Below, in pieces: positions 28,101 through 40,670 of a stretch of DNA of 64,000 bases. The stretch's first letter is position 1. Every line of letters begins with the position of its first letter. The notes below the pieces were generated by a model that saw only the letters and a program-made list of their open reading frames with translations, ran no database searches and was not told the DNA's origin. This stretch comes from Setoptus koraiensis (taxonomy: Eukaryota; Animalia; Arthropoda), in assembly GCA_048013815.1 (NCBI GenBank), contig CM106585.1:17918001-17982000 (forward strand). Reading direction: 5' to 3'. The translations under genes and the position numbers were made by a program.

Positions 28101-31100
28101 TGTTAGGGGGGTGTCAAATAGGTGTGTAGAATGTGTTGTTTATTTAGCAAGATTGACCTGGATAGTGGATGAGTTGCGAGGGAAGGAGTGTGGAGGGGGT
28201 GGGACGGGGTGTTTATTTAAGTAAAGAGGGGGATTGTGGAAGGGAGGAGGGAGAGGTTTTGGAATGGAATGAATTTTATGGGAGTAATTGTGGGGGGGGT
28301 GGTGATAGGTAGAATGATTGGAGGGGGGATGGAGTTAGGGGGTAGTGGGGGTGTGGGAATAATGTGTGGCTGATTGGGTTGGGGGATTTGTGGGGGGTTG
28401 ATTTAGATTTGTAAGGGGGTAGGATGGTGGGTGGGGTGAGTAAAGTGTGTTAAATGTGGGGGGTGGGGATTGTTGGGGTAGTGGTGGAAAAGTTTGAGTG
28501 ATGATGTGTTGATTTGAGGGGTTGAGGGGGTTGAATGGGATTAAAAGTAGGAGAGAGTGAAGAGTTTGTATATGGAATTTGGTGGTATGGGGGTGGGTGG
28601 AGGGGTATGGTGGGGTTAAGGATGGTAGTGGAATTTGATGAATTATATAATTGTTGGGTGTTAGGAATTGGAGGTTAATTATAGGGGGTTTGTGGAGAGG
28701 TAGTATTTGAGTGGGGGGGGTAAGGGGTTTTGGGTAGGTTGAGGATGATGTTGATTTTTAGGTGTAGTGTGTAATGGTATGGGGAGATAGAGGGGTTGGG
28801 AGGGTTGTTTGGGGAGGGTGTGGTGAGGATAGAGGATTATTGTGATGTGTTTTTTAGGTAATAGGTTGTGAAGTGGGTGTTTGTTAGTTGTGAATGTTAT
28901 TGTAGAGGTGGGAGGGAAGTAAGGAGAGTGGGTTGAGATGTGAGGAGGAGTGATGATTTTGTTAAGATTGAGGGGGTGGTGATGAGATTTATGTTGGTTG
29001 TAGTGAGAGTATGAGGTGTGTTTAAGATTGTTATTGTGGGGGGGGGTATTGAGTTGTGGGGGGGGAAGATTTAATGTTGTTGTGATGATGGGGGATTGTT
29101 TGTGTAGGGTATGGGGGGAGGTGTAGGGTAAGGTTTGGGATAGTGTTTTTAGGTGTTGTAAGAGAATTGGGAGAAATGTTAATTGGAATATGAAGAGGGG
29201 GTTTAAGTTTGGAAATTGTATAGAGATTGTGTGAGAAGAGGTGTTGTATGGGAGGAGATGGGGTGGTGTTGTGAAAAATTATGGTTAATGAGGGAGATTG
29301 TTATGAAGGGGAATAAGTTTAATTGGAGGGGGGGGATTTGTGGGGATTTGTAGGTTGAAGGTTTTTATTAGATTTTGGATTAAGGAGATAGGTGGGTGAT
29401 TTAGGATTTGGAGGGGTAGTTGGAGAGTTGGGGGTAGGTGTAGTTTTTTTAAGGTATTGAAGTTTGTTACGGGGTGATATTGAATGTAGTGGGTGTAATC
29501 TAATGGGGGAGTGGTGGTGAAGATTAGGGGTATGAGGAAGTATTTGGATGGGGGGGGGGGTGGGTTGGGTGGGAGTAGATGTGTTAATTTTGTAGATAGG
29601 TGAGTTGTTAAGGGAGGTGTGTGTTGTGTATGGATAGGGGGGGTATGTTTGGATAATTTGAGGAAGGGTTTTAGATTGAAAAAGGAGAAGTTGGGTGGAG
29701 GTGAATTGTGGGATGATTAGTTATGGGAGGAGGGGGGTAGAGGTGTTAGGAGGTGATTTGATGTGAGGTGTGAGAGGGTGTTTTTATGGTTGAGGTTGAG
29801 GAATGTGGGGGGGAGGATTGTTGAGGGGGGGAGATTATGAAATGTGGGGTGGGGTTGATAGAGATGGAGGGTTATGGGGTTTGGGGGTGGTGTGGGGTGG
29901 GGAAGGTTGGAAGATATAATGATGGGGTATTATGGGAAGGTTAAGAATGGATTTTTGTTTTGGGAGGTGAAGGGGGGTGGGTGGGGGGATGAGTATATTT
30001 AAAGGGTATGAAGAGAGGTGGAAGAGGTGTGTGTTTGGGAAGTGAAGTATGAGGGATTATGGGAGATGTAAGAGGATTATTGATAGGTGGGGGGTTGATG
30101 TGAGTTTGGGGGGTAATGGATTTGGGAAGGGTTGGTTTGGGGTTGAGTAGTTTGTGAGATGGATTAGAAGGGGTAGGAATTTTGTGGGGGAGATTGGGAG
30201 GGGGGATGGGGTTTTGGGGGGGGGGTGTTAGGGAGTTGAAAGTGGGGGTGGGGTGGTGTATTTGGGATGATAGGTTGTGGGGGTATGAAGGGATGGGTTT
30301 GTTGTGTGTTTTTAGGGGGGGGGAGGAGAAAGTTTATTTTTGTTTTCGTGTTGTTTTTGGTTTAGTAGGATGATGGGTGATATAGGGAGGAAATTGGAAT
30401 GTTTTGGAAGAGGGAATTTGGAGTGAGGTGGGATGTGTGTGGGTATGGAGTATGATGAGGTATGTTGGTTGATTTTTGAAGGAGGTTATTAAAGTAATAA
30501 GGGGAAGGGGGGTGAGAGTTTGGGGAATTGAGGGGGTTATTTATTTTAGGGGTTATGGGTGATTATAGGTGGAGGGAGGGGGGAGGAGGTGGGAAAGAGG
30601 GTGGATAGATTTAGATTTTGAATGGGGGGGTTGGAGTTTAATATTAGTTAAGTATAATAGAAGAAAATATTATGGGATTATATGAATAGTAGTTATGGGG
30701 TGGATGATAATGGGGGTAGGGATGATTGGGGGGGGAGGGGTAGATTTGGTGGGGGGTATTTGGAATAAATGAGAAAATGATTTGGATTAGGGATAAGTAG
30801 ATGGGGGGGTGGGTAAATTTTGGAAAAATGGTTGGGGGAATGTGAGGAATAAGGATGATAGTGGGTGGGGATGGAAATGGGTGGGGTATTTAGGGTTGGG
30901 GGAAGGTAGATGAGAATATATGGGGGAAAGAGGGGGGAGGGGGAATTAGGAGGAGAAAGGGAGTGTAGAAATATTTATTGGTAAATATTTAGGGTTTTGG
31001 GTATATTATGGGTTGAGAGGTAAGGGGGGAAGGGGGGGGGGGGGGGGGGGGGGGATGAGAAGTGATGGGGATGTGGGTGATATGATGGAAATTTTTGAAA

Positions 31101-34100
31101 TAGTGGGGATTAGTAGGAGAGGGAATGGATTTGGGGGGGGGGGGGATATATTGTGGATTGAGGTGGAATATGGGGGGGGTGTGAATAATTGTGTGGGAGG
31201 ATATAGGGTTAATATTAATGATATATGATAATAATTGGAAAGAGGTAGTGTGAGATGGGTTTGTGGATTAATAGAGGTAAGTGGGGGTGGTGGGTGGGTG
31301 TTGAAGTGGTGTGATATGTAGTGTATGGGTTATTAGTGTATATAGGTTTAAAAAAAAATTAATTAGTATAGGGTATGTTGTTTATTATTTATGAATATGA
31401 TATAGGGATATGATGGTTATTGATTTGATTTAATTGTTATGGTGGTTAATTGGGGGGGATATGTGGTGTAATGTGAGATAGATTATTACTACTTAGGTGT
31501 GATGGAATTGAGTGTGTTGGTTGTTATGTGGTATATTAATGATTGTAAGATGTTTTGGGGTGTTTGATGGGGAATGATAGTGCTGGGGGTTGGGTATGTG
31601 TGTGGGGGATGGAATGAATTATGGATTGGGGGGTTTAGGTGGGGGTGTTGGGGTATGGGTTTGAGGTTTGTTTATTATGGGTGTTTTTTGTTATTTTGGG
31701 AGTGGAGGGATTGTGTTTTTGAGTGTTTGGTTAGTTTTGGGGTTAGGTGGTGTGGGGGGGGGGAATGGATCGTAAGTAAAGAGTGGAGGATTTTAAAAAT
31801 AAATGGGGACGAATATACGTTGCGTGCGAGGTATATAATTGGCTGTGAAGTTGATAGTAGATATTGATGGGTTGATTGGTAGGGTGGGATAATAGAGGAA
31901 TAGGAAGTGTTGTGTAAATATTATTGTAATTTTGGGTCTGAGATGTAATAGGGGGTGTTAGGGTATTGGGGGGGGGGAATGTGTGGAGAGAGTTTTGGGA
32001 GATGAGTTTAGAGGGAATATGTAATGATAGGGATTAGGGGGAGATGGAGGATGGATATATGATAGATTGTATAATATAAGGTGAATAAAAAGGATTGAAA
32101 GGGGTTTTATGAAAATGTGATTTGAGGGTTATGGTTGGTGGGGATAGGGGATGGTGTGGGTGGGAGATAAAAGATGGGGGAATTAGGTAATTTGATATGG
32201 GAGGTATATTGCTAAATTTAATGGGTGGAAATTAAATAGGGGACGGATGAATGAATTGTGAAGATTGGGGAGGAGTGGGATAATAGGGTGGGAGATGGAG
32301 GAGGGTGTTAGGGGATGTGGGAAGTGGTAGATTGGAATAAAAATTAAAGAAGGAGAAAGGATGGGGAGGAGATGATATTTGGGGAAAATTAATGAGATAA
32401 GGATTTATGATAAAAAGTGAGTATTGTGAGAAGATGGGTAAAAAGGGAGGTGAGGGGGAAATATTATAGAAGAGGGAAAGGAAAGTGTAATAAAAAGATC
32501 AATTTAGAAAGTGGAGTGGAGAGGGTAGATGATGAGGGGGAAAAAGATGTAGATAGGGATAGAGGAATTGGTAGATTGGAGTTAGGAAAGTAGTGGATTA
32601 AGTATAGAGTGATTAGTGGAAAAAAATAGTTGGGTATGTAATGAGAGGTTGATTAGTGTGAGTTTTGAAAAGATGTGGGTAAGGGGAGTATGGTGGTTGT
32701 GGTGGAGTGTGGGGGGTGCGTGAAGATATAAGGGTGTGGGATTTAGATTGGATTTTGGAAACAGGAATGGGAACGAAATTATGATTGTAAGGATTGATTA
32801 TGGGGATGAAAATGAATATTTATGGTTAATGAGAATGTATGGTGGAAAATAAGTATAAGGGAAATTGGAAGGTTTTATAGGGGAGTAATATATTGGTGGG
32901 GCATGGAAAAACGAAGAAGAAGAAAGAATTAGGGGAGTGTTGAGATGTAGGTATTGTGTTGTAAGGATTTGTGTTGGGAGTAAAATTAAGTGTGTAGTGT
33001 CTGAATGATTGTGTGGAGTTTGAGGATGGACGTATGGGGGATAGTGGGGAGTGTTTATGGAGATTGATTTGAATGATGTGTGTGGGATAGGGGAGGGTGG
33101 TGGTTTTAATATTGAATTTATTGGTGTTGATGGGGGATGGGGAGGGGTATGAGGGGATAAGGATTAGGGTGAATTGATGGGTGGGGTAGAAGGATGATTA
33201 ATTATATATTTATAGGGATTGGGGTAAATGGAGTTGGGAGGGATTAAGTGGGGAGGGGGAGATTTTTTTTGGTGGGAAAATTATTTGTGGGTAGTGTTTG
33301 GATGGGGTGGGGTTTGAGTGAGTAATGTGTGGGTGGGGTTAGTTTGTGAGATTGTGGTAATTTTGAAGTAAGGGTGGGAGGGTTAGTGGGGTGTATGTTA
33401 GATGTGGTTTGGGGAGGGATAGGGGTAAGATAATGGGTGTTGGTGGGATTAAATTGGGATGGAGATGGAATATTTTTGATGTGAGTGTGTGTGAATGTGG
33501 ATGGAGGAGGGGGTGTGGTGTGTATGATTTGGTTTTTTATAAAAATTGTAAGTGGGAGTTTTGTTTGGGTGAGTTGTGTGATATTTGGGTGGTGATTATT
33601 TTGGGGTTTTTAAATGATGTTGGGGATAAATTGTGTGGGATGGGGGATGTGATGGAAGTGTAAGTAGTATTATGTCGTTGGGGTATTTAGTGTGTGGGGT
33701 GATTGGTTGGGTGAATATGTGATGGGGTGGAGGGTGGGGGAAGGGGTGTGATGTAGGGGGTTTAGTGGGTATATTTTGATAGGTGGGGATTGTTTTTGGG
33801 TGTGAATTGTAAGGATGAGGGGATGTGTAAAATGATAGTTTTTTGAGGTGGAGTTATGTATGTGGTGTGGGAGAAATAGGGGAGAGGATGTTGAATAAGA
33901 TTATTTGGTTGAAGTATTGGAAAGTGGTTTAATGGGGTGATAGTGATTAGTAGGGGAGGGAGGTAGGATAGGGTTGAATTGGTTGTATTGAATTGTTGTT
34001 TGATTAGTGTTGGATTAATGTGGGTAGTTGAAAGGTGGGGGGTTAAGTTAAAGATGAGATGATAGTTTTTATTAATGTAAGGAGGAGGAAGGATGAGATT

Positions 34101-37100
34101 AGATGTTTGTCGGTGAGTGGGGTTGGTGTTATAGTGGTGAGTGAATGATAGTTTTTGATGGGTTGGATGTGAGGTTTGTGGATTTTTTTTTTGTTGGGAT
34201 GGGAATTGTTGGTGGGGTGAGGATGTTGATGTGAATTTGTGAAGATGTGATTGGGGGAGTGTGTTGTGTGAAGAGTTAGTGTATTTTTGGTGTGAATGTA
34301 AAGGGTAAGGTTATTAGTTAGGCAGAATTATACATCGCGGGGTTTTGGTGGGTTGTGTGAATGACTGTTTGTAATAGGATTTTGTGGTGAGTGTTTTAAG
34401 TGACAGAGGAATTGGGGGGGGTAGTAAGTGGGGGTTGGTAGTATTTTTGTAATTTGGTGTGGAGGTTGTGAGTAGGAGGTTTAGGTGTTATAGAGGTTAA
34501 TAAAGAATGTTTTGGTGAAGGTGGGGGTATGGGGTGTGGGTGGATGGAGTTGATTAGAGTGGAATTGAGGAGTGGGTTTTGTGGGATTTAGTGTTTTTGA
34601 GAGTTGGGTTGTAGATTTGATGAGTGGTAAAGATAATAGTAGGGTTGTAGAGGGTGTGGATGGGGGGGGGGGGGCGAGGGGGGGGGGGTGTATTAAGTAG
34701 TATTAAGTGGGTGGTGGGATTATATGATGGATTTATGGATGTGTATTGTTGGGGTTTGAGTTATGTGGTTTTGAGATGGATTATTTGTTGGTGTGGTTGT
34801 GTTTTATTGTGGAAGTATTGGAAAGGAGGGTGGGGTAGTGTTAGGGGTTGTTATAAGGGATAGGATTGGATTGAGAGTTTGGGGATAATAAGTAATTATT
34901 ATTGAGTGTTAATGTTTTGATTGATGTTTAGTTATAGGGGGAGTGAGAAGATTAAGGGTTTTTTAGTGAGTGGTATGTAGTGTTTGAGTAGGTGTTGGGG
35001 TTTATTTTTGATGTTTGTATGGATAAAGTTTGGGGTTGGGGGTGAGTGGTGAGGGAAGGGTATTGTGGGGGTGATGTGTTGGTGGGGGGGTATGAGGGTG
35101 GGTGAGGGATTTTGGTTGTATTTTTGGTGAGGGGTTGGGGGTGTGTTTTAGTTTATTGTGGAAATGTTTTTGTAGTGAATTTTGATGAAGGAGGTGTAGG
35201 AGAGTGTTAGGGTGTGTGGTTTTGGGTAAGGTGAGAGAATGTGAGGGGTGTAAGATGTAGGGGTAAAGATTATATAGGGGGTAATAGATGAAGTTTTGGG
35301 TTGAGGGGGGGGGATAAGTGGAGTTGGAAGGGAGTGGAGGGTGGGTGGAGAGGGTGAGGAATTATTATTTGGTTGAGGGGGGAGGGTTGGATGATAGTTG
35401 GATTTAGGTTTAGAGGATAGATAGGGGAAGAAAAGGGAATATGGGGGTATTATTTTTGGGAGGGATGTGGAGGATATGGATTGTAATTTGGGGTATTAGG
35501 GAAGGAGTTGAAGATATTAGATATATGGGTATTGTTAAGTAGTTAATATGGGGGGGTATGGTGGAAATTTGTAGATAAGGGAGAAGGGTGAGGGAATGGA
35601 TGTAGGGGGGGTGTTGAGTTGGTGAGATAAGTGAGGAGAAAGGGAAGGGTTTGAGGTGAGAATAGGGGGATTGATTATTGAATGATTGGTATAGGGTTGG
35701 AATGTTTGAGGAGGGGAAGGAGGATAAGAGGGGGGTGTAAGAGAGATTATTGTTGTGAGGATATAGGGTAATGGGAGTGTGAATGTGTGGGAGGATTAGG
35801 TAAAGGGTGGATGATTGGTAGTGTTATTAAGAGGTGAGGAGTGAGTTGGATGGAATGGGGAAGGGAAGGTGGATTTTGGGATGGGATAATGTAGGATATG
35901 TGAATGGAGGGGATTTGTTAGAGGTTGATGTTGGGGGAGTTTGATGTTTGAGAAATTTGGTATAGGTGGAAGATTAATGGGTGGTGTGGGGGTGGTAGGG
36001 TGTATTAGAAAGATTTAGTTTTGTAGGGATTATGGATATGTGGGTTTGTGATTGGGTTATTGATGAGAGATTTGAAGGGGGAAAGGTATAGGAGAGTTAG
36101 GAAAGTGGAGGGGTTGGATGATGTGGATAGGATGAGTGGGGAATGAGAGAAGGAGGGGGAGAAATTGGATATGGGAGGGAGGAAGAAGTGTTTAAGGGAG
36201 GAAGTAAAGTTAAGAGGTTATGGAAGGTGGGTGGTTAGGGAGTTAGGAGATATTTTTAGAGGTTTGAGGAGAGGGGTGTAGGTGGTAAGTGTGATGGGGG
36301 ATAAGAGAGTGGGGAGGTAAGTATTAATGAGAGATATGTGGGGAGGAAGAGGTTGATTTGGGAAGGATTTGTTAAGAAAGGAGATGATGGTAGAGAAATA
36401 TGTGGGTTAAGGGAGGGTGTGGATTGGAGTGATGGTGATAGGGAAATTAGTTTGGTAGATTGGAGAAAGTAGAATAGAAGTTTTGAAGAGGGGAGAGAAG
36501 GGATAATTGAGTATGGAGGGGGGATGAGGGGATGAGTTTGAGATTGGAGAATTGGGGAAGGGTGTGTATTGGGTTGGTTTGGAGAATTAATTGGAAGTGA
36601 TGGATGGAGGGGGTGTAGGAGAGGGGGGGATGTGTTTTGGGGATGATAATGTATTATTGATGTGGAAGTTAGGGGATAGATGGAATAATTTGTTGGAGTT
36701 ATAAGATAGATTGGGTTAGGGAGGTGATTGTGTTAATAAGGGGTTTTGTGAAAGAATTAGGGATATTGGATTTTGGGTATGAGAGAGATTTTAGGGGGTA
36801 TTATGTAGTTTGGGGTGGGAACATAATAAGAAGGGAATGTGAATTGGAAGACAAGAGAGTAAATGGGGGAGGGAGTATAAAGGGGAATGGTGTGTATGGG
36901 GGTTTGTTTACTTTTGGGAAGGAGAGTGTTGTAGATGATAGGTATGATGATTGGGTATTAGGTGATGAAGAATTTGGGATGTAAGGAGAAGTGTGATAGA
37001 GGTGGGTGGAATATGTAGGAGCGGGTTATGAGTGTGGGATAGATATATGTGTGATTGAATGTGTGTGTGGTAGTGAGTGGTGTGGGAAGGGGATGTGTGG

Positions 37101-37394
37101 AGTGGATGTGATGGTAGGAGATGGGTGGTGAAGGTGTTTGGTTTGATGATATGGGGATTTATTGAGGAGTGATAGTTTTGATGGTGTGAGGAATAATGTG
37201 TGAGTGTTAGGGTGGGATGATATGTGTGTTTGTAATAGAGTTAGTGAGAAGGTGTATTTGTAATTAATGTGATTTGTGATGAGTGTTGATTTGAGAAGGG
37301 TGAGAAGAGAGTGGGTGGGTTGGGGTTGTGGTGGTGTGGGGTGGTTTGGGGAGTGGTGGGTGTGGTGGGGTTTGTGGTGGGAGTTGAGGGTGTT
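1137..37394. repeat. Cytosine-depleted G/T/A block made of ~2.2 noisy direct copies of a ~16.5-kb unit (probable long-read/assembly artefact)
   Basis: Matching anchors: GGATTGAAGTTTGGG at 1406/18381 (variant at 34868); GGTGATAATGGTAGGA at 2569/19369; GAAATATGTGGGTTAAGG at 3091/36395; ATTTTAGTTTTTGATTGTATTGAGTGTGT at 4331/21071; GGAGAGGTAGTATTTGAGTGG at 12311/28694; GTTAAAGATGAGAT at 17576/34047; TTTTGTAGGGATTATG at 19508/36019. Offsets are 16.3-17.0 kb per copy. C is nearly absent except in short islands. Confidence 0.9.
5562..5656 (+). repeat. ~95-nt imperfect poly(A) run, present in copy 1 of the 16.5-kb unit only
   Basis: It follows GATTATGAAT at 5552-5561. The matching site in copy 2 (GATTATGAAT at 22139-22148) runs straight into ATATGTTA with no A-run. 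Confidence 0.8.
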
Positions 37395-37400
37395 GGCTGC

Positions 37401-37620
37401 TTGCGTGATTGGATCACAACTACATCTTTGCTGTCAGTTTGGCCCTATCGGCACCCCTCGGATTCTGACCTGGCTTGCATCTCTGTGTGGCGAAAATCCC
37501 TTCAATTTTCGGCCACGCTCGTATCTTCATCACCTAACTTCAAGGCCTTGATAGCTGATTGGCTCAAGAATCAGAAAGAATCTCATATCGTGATGAAGCA
37601 ACTTGCGATTGCAGTGATCG
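37401..37620 (-). pseudogene. Degenerate duplicate of the 3' end of the 38032-39281 gene
   Basis: CCCTCGGATTCTGACCTGGCTTGCA (25 nt) occurs at ~37455 and ~38102. Translation RDFRHTEMQARSESEGC matches KDYRLAELQARSESEGS but is flanked by in-frame TGA/TAG. TTGCGTGATTGGATCACAA (37401) also matches TTGCGTGATTGAATCACAA (~37905). Confidence 0.7.
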
Positions 37621-38031
37621 ATTGTTAATGCACGAGAAAAATGAAATTGAACGCTGTTCGATGATCATTTACGTTTGCAAACATCTCATTTGGAGCAAAA
37701 ATGTAGAAGCTATCTGACAAAGAATGTGAACAAAAAAGCTGGTAAATGGATAGTTTATTTTGTTAATGAGTTGCAGAATAGTAGATACCACTTGTGGAAG
37801 CAATGAAATAAAAATTGATCATGCTAACTGGCGCCTTTACAAAACTAAAAGATCAATGAGCAATGCTATATGATAATATATGTTAGTAGGCCGTTTATTA
37901 GGCCTTGCGTGATTGAATCACAAGATACCTTTGTTGTAGGTTTGCCGTAAGTTTGCTGTTAAACGCTCTTGACAGTTATTGTTATTGCGGCAGACACACA
38001 ATAATAATGTCCGCCACTTCATGTTGGCTGT

Positions 38032-39281
38032 CTAGTCATAAACGATGCCCAGCGTATCAAGAACTCGCCTCTTGGCCAGATCAATGAAACTCTCTTGGCT
38101 TCCCTCGGATTCTGACCTGGCTTGCAGCTCTGCCAGGCGATAATCCTTTGAATTTGTGGCAGCTCTTGCATCACCATGATGACTGGGGCCGGTCATGACA
38201 CTGTGCGGGTCGGCAGGCAGTAAATAGCTGAATTTTTGCGTGGATCTGTGCACAAAGTCCATGGTGATTATCTGCCGGTCCGATTCGTGGGTGCACGTCT
38301 CTAGATAGATGGTTTTTGTTATAGAGGCAAAGTCACTTTCGCCCAATCCAAAGGCCCTCAGCATGTCGTAGAGTGTGAGATCGTGAGCCGGGTCATTATA
38401 ATAGTTTCTGAGCGTTTGAGCCTGAGATTGCATCTCTGCGGTGAGTCGCATGGGCAATTCGAGGAAGGCGGCCCGATCATTGACATTGGTGGACAGGAAG
38501 ACGTTCATTCTGGTGATGAGGTCGATGAATCTGCGCGGTGATGTTGCAACATATGACGGCGATATACGAGATGAGATTAGTTTCAGTTTTAGGTTAGCTG
38601 ACGCTAGGTATTTCTGGTCCGATGTTTGTGCATCGATGCCCGCACCCGATTTTTGTCCGAAATCGCACAACAATCGGGTGCGGAGGTCACTTACTTGGGC
38701 TTGTGCAGATAGTAGCCAGTGGCGAGCGTTCGGTAGTTGTAGAAGAAGTCGATCGAGGCCTCAGAGGCGGACCTGAACAGCAGGTCGTCGAGAATCAATT
38801 TGGCGTCGTACTTCATTTTGGGTCCCACTTGCTTTGAATTTTCCAAATTTTTTATCAGCGGCACAGAGGCAACGCCGTCTATCAGTGCCATGGCATTCAA
38901 ATGGGCCAACGGTGAATTGATCACCTTGTTGCCCTCCAATCCCTTGTAGATGGCATCTGGCAGGGGCAGTCTGGTTCCGTTGCAGAAGCCCATTTCGTTT
39001 GCCAGTTGGCGCGTATGGTTGAATTTAACCTTGTAGCTGGCCTTGTCCGACCAGCAAATTGGCTTTGGTATCTCTGTGTCCTCGTAGCCGCAAACTGGCT
39101 CAAAATACTTGACCAATAGATAGTAACGTTCAATGATGGGCCAGGTGACATCTTTGGCGTCCATGTAGTTTAAATCTAAATTGCGGCTTCGGCCACCAGT
39201 GGCTATTTTGGCGCATAGCGACGCGGCCGGCAACAGGGCCAGCAGCAGTAACGGGCCGATTGATTTCGACTTTGCGCGCAT
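38032..39281 (-). CDS. Orphan secreted protein A, ~361 aa, two exons (39281-38695, 38530-38032)
   Basis: The two ORF-track ORFs join in frame through a 164-nt phase-2 intron (CCCAA|GTAAGT ... CTAAC/CTAAT branch-like motifs ... CCGCGCAG|ATTC), giving ...YLHKPK-FIDLITRM.... The N-terminus MRAKSKSIGPLLLLALLPAASLCA resembles a signal peptide. No family recognised. Confidence 0.75.
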
Positions 39282-39320
39282 TCTTTTACGCACGTTATCC
39301 GGATTGTGATATTGTGCAAC

Positions 39321-39405
39321 ACTGGACAATACTGGATAATACTGGATAATTTGGGATATTCGATGGATAATTTGGGATACTCGATGGATAATATTGGATA
39401 ATCGA
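39321..39405. repeat. Compound tandem repeat (10-bp ACTGGATAAT x3, then 21-bp GGATAATTTGGGATAYTCGAT x~2.5)
   Basis: Read directly. It lies just upstream of the gene A start codon. Confidence 0.85.
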
Positions 39406-40253
39406 TGGGTGTTGTGTGTGCACTGCACTGATTTTCTGAAAGTTCAATTGGCAATACTGGCCTGCGATTGAGTCGCGATATTGGTCAGCTCTGTGGCGTG
39501 CACGCGAAGCGAGTGTCGTCCAAATCGCGGCGGATAAATGGCAGCTCGCAACTGTTTGTTTGGCTCTCTATGTTTTATTGCCGACTAACCCAACATGGAC
39601 ATCGACTGCGGGGTTGATGATCCCGCGCGCCGATTCGTCAAGCCGAAACACCGTCGCTGCACCATGGCCAAATTGATTTAGGCTGGGCAATTCACGCGAA
39701 TCGCCCATTGCCGATAGGCAACGAGAGTGGCAAATGTAACTGGATGCCACTAATGGCTCACCATTACACAACTGATCGTCATTTGTTGCTGTTGTTCGTC
39801 ATTATGATTCATTATATGTGTTAGTGTTGTTGTTGCTGTTGTTGTTGCTAGTGCATCTATGAGGAAATAATTACAATTATTACAAACACACAAAAGATGC
39901 ACCGATACAGTAACACGCCAAAAAACGCTATCAATAACGCTGCCGATGTGAACATTCAAACGGCCATGATAGATAATCGCTTGCCACTTGTTGAATGCAC
40001 TCGCCGCTATCACTGTCACGAGGAAGTTAAATATTGCTGATTGAAGTCATTTTTCGTTTGTTTGTAATTTATGTTCTTACTTTATGCCAGCGATGAGATT
40101 AAACACTTTCCATTATTAGACACTGGCCAAAAGGGTCGATTTGGATCAATTATGATGGCGTCGATGACCGGGCAGCCACGACACGAACAGTTAGTTAAAC
40201 AACGGTTTGTTGCAAGAGTTGGGCTAGATATGAAGTGATTTAGCAAAAAGTAA

Positions 40254-40373
40254 AAGTGTAGGACACCCGGAGTTCCCAGGTGGTCTCCCTCCCAAGTACT
40301 AACCGGGCCTGACGTTGCTTAACTTCGCAGATCTGACGAGATGCGGTGTTTTCAACGTAGTATGGTCCTACAC
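40254..40373 (-). rRNA. 5S rRNA: 5S rRNA
   Basis: Exact reverse complement of the 40671-40790 copy, with a downstream T-run on the - strand. Confidence 0.95.
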
Positions 40374-40670
40374 GAAAGACAAGCATCACAATTGACATAC
40401 AATTACTACTAAACTGTCGCTAGCTTCTCGCCTCCATATCTCGACCATTTTTTCTGATACATTCTCATTTTCTTAATCAACTCCATTCAACATTTCCCAT
40501 CGAGTTACTTGTTTGTAATGCCCTGCGAAAATAACTGACCAACAGAATGGTCAATAATCGATGATTTATTCAGCGAATATGAATTAATTTAAAAAATGGT
40601 CGAGATATGGAGGCGAGAAGCTAGCGACAGTTTAGTAGCAATTGTATGTCAATTGTGATGCTTGTCTTTC

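Noticed and set aside
1174-37394. About 25 short ORFs (G/W/V-rich on +, P/H/T/I-rich on -) inside the C-depleted block
   Set aside because: Their composition follows from the base skew, and they are not preserved between the repeat copies.
1137-37394. Telomeric or G-quadruplex satellite interpretation
   Set aside because: There is no fixed short unit such as TTAGG; complexity is high at the 16.5-kb scale.
1137-37394. Identification as a vertebrate mitochondrial heavy strand (period ~16.5 kb, G/T-rich)
   Set aside because: Size and skew are compatible, but C-stripped COX1, CYTB, 16S and D-loop motifs recalled from memory gave no convincing colinear match by eye. Unproven and left for a consensus search.
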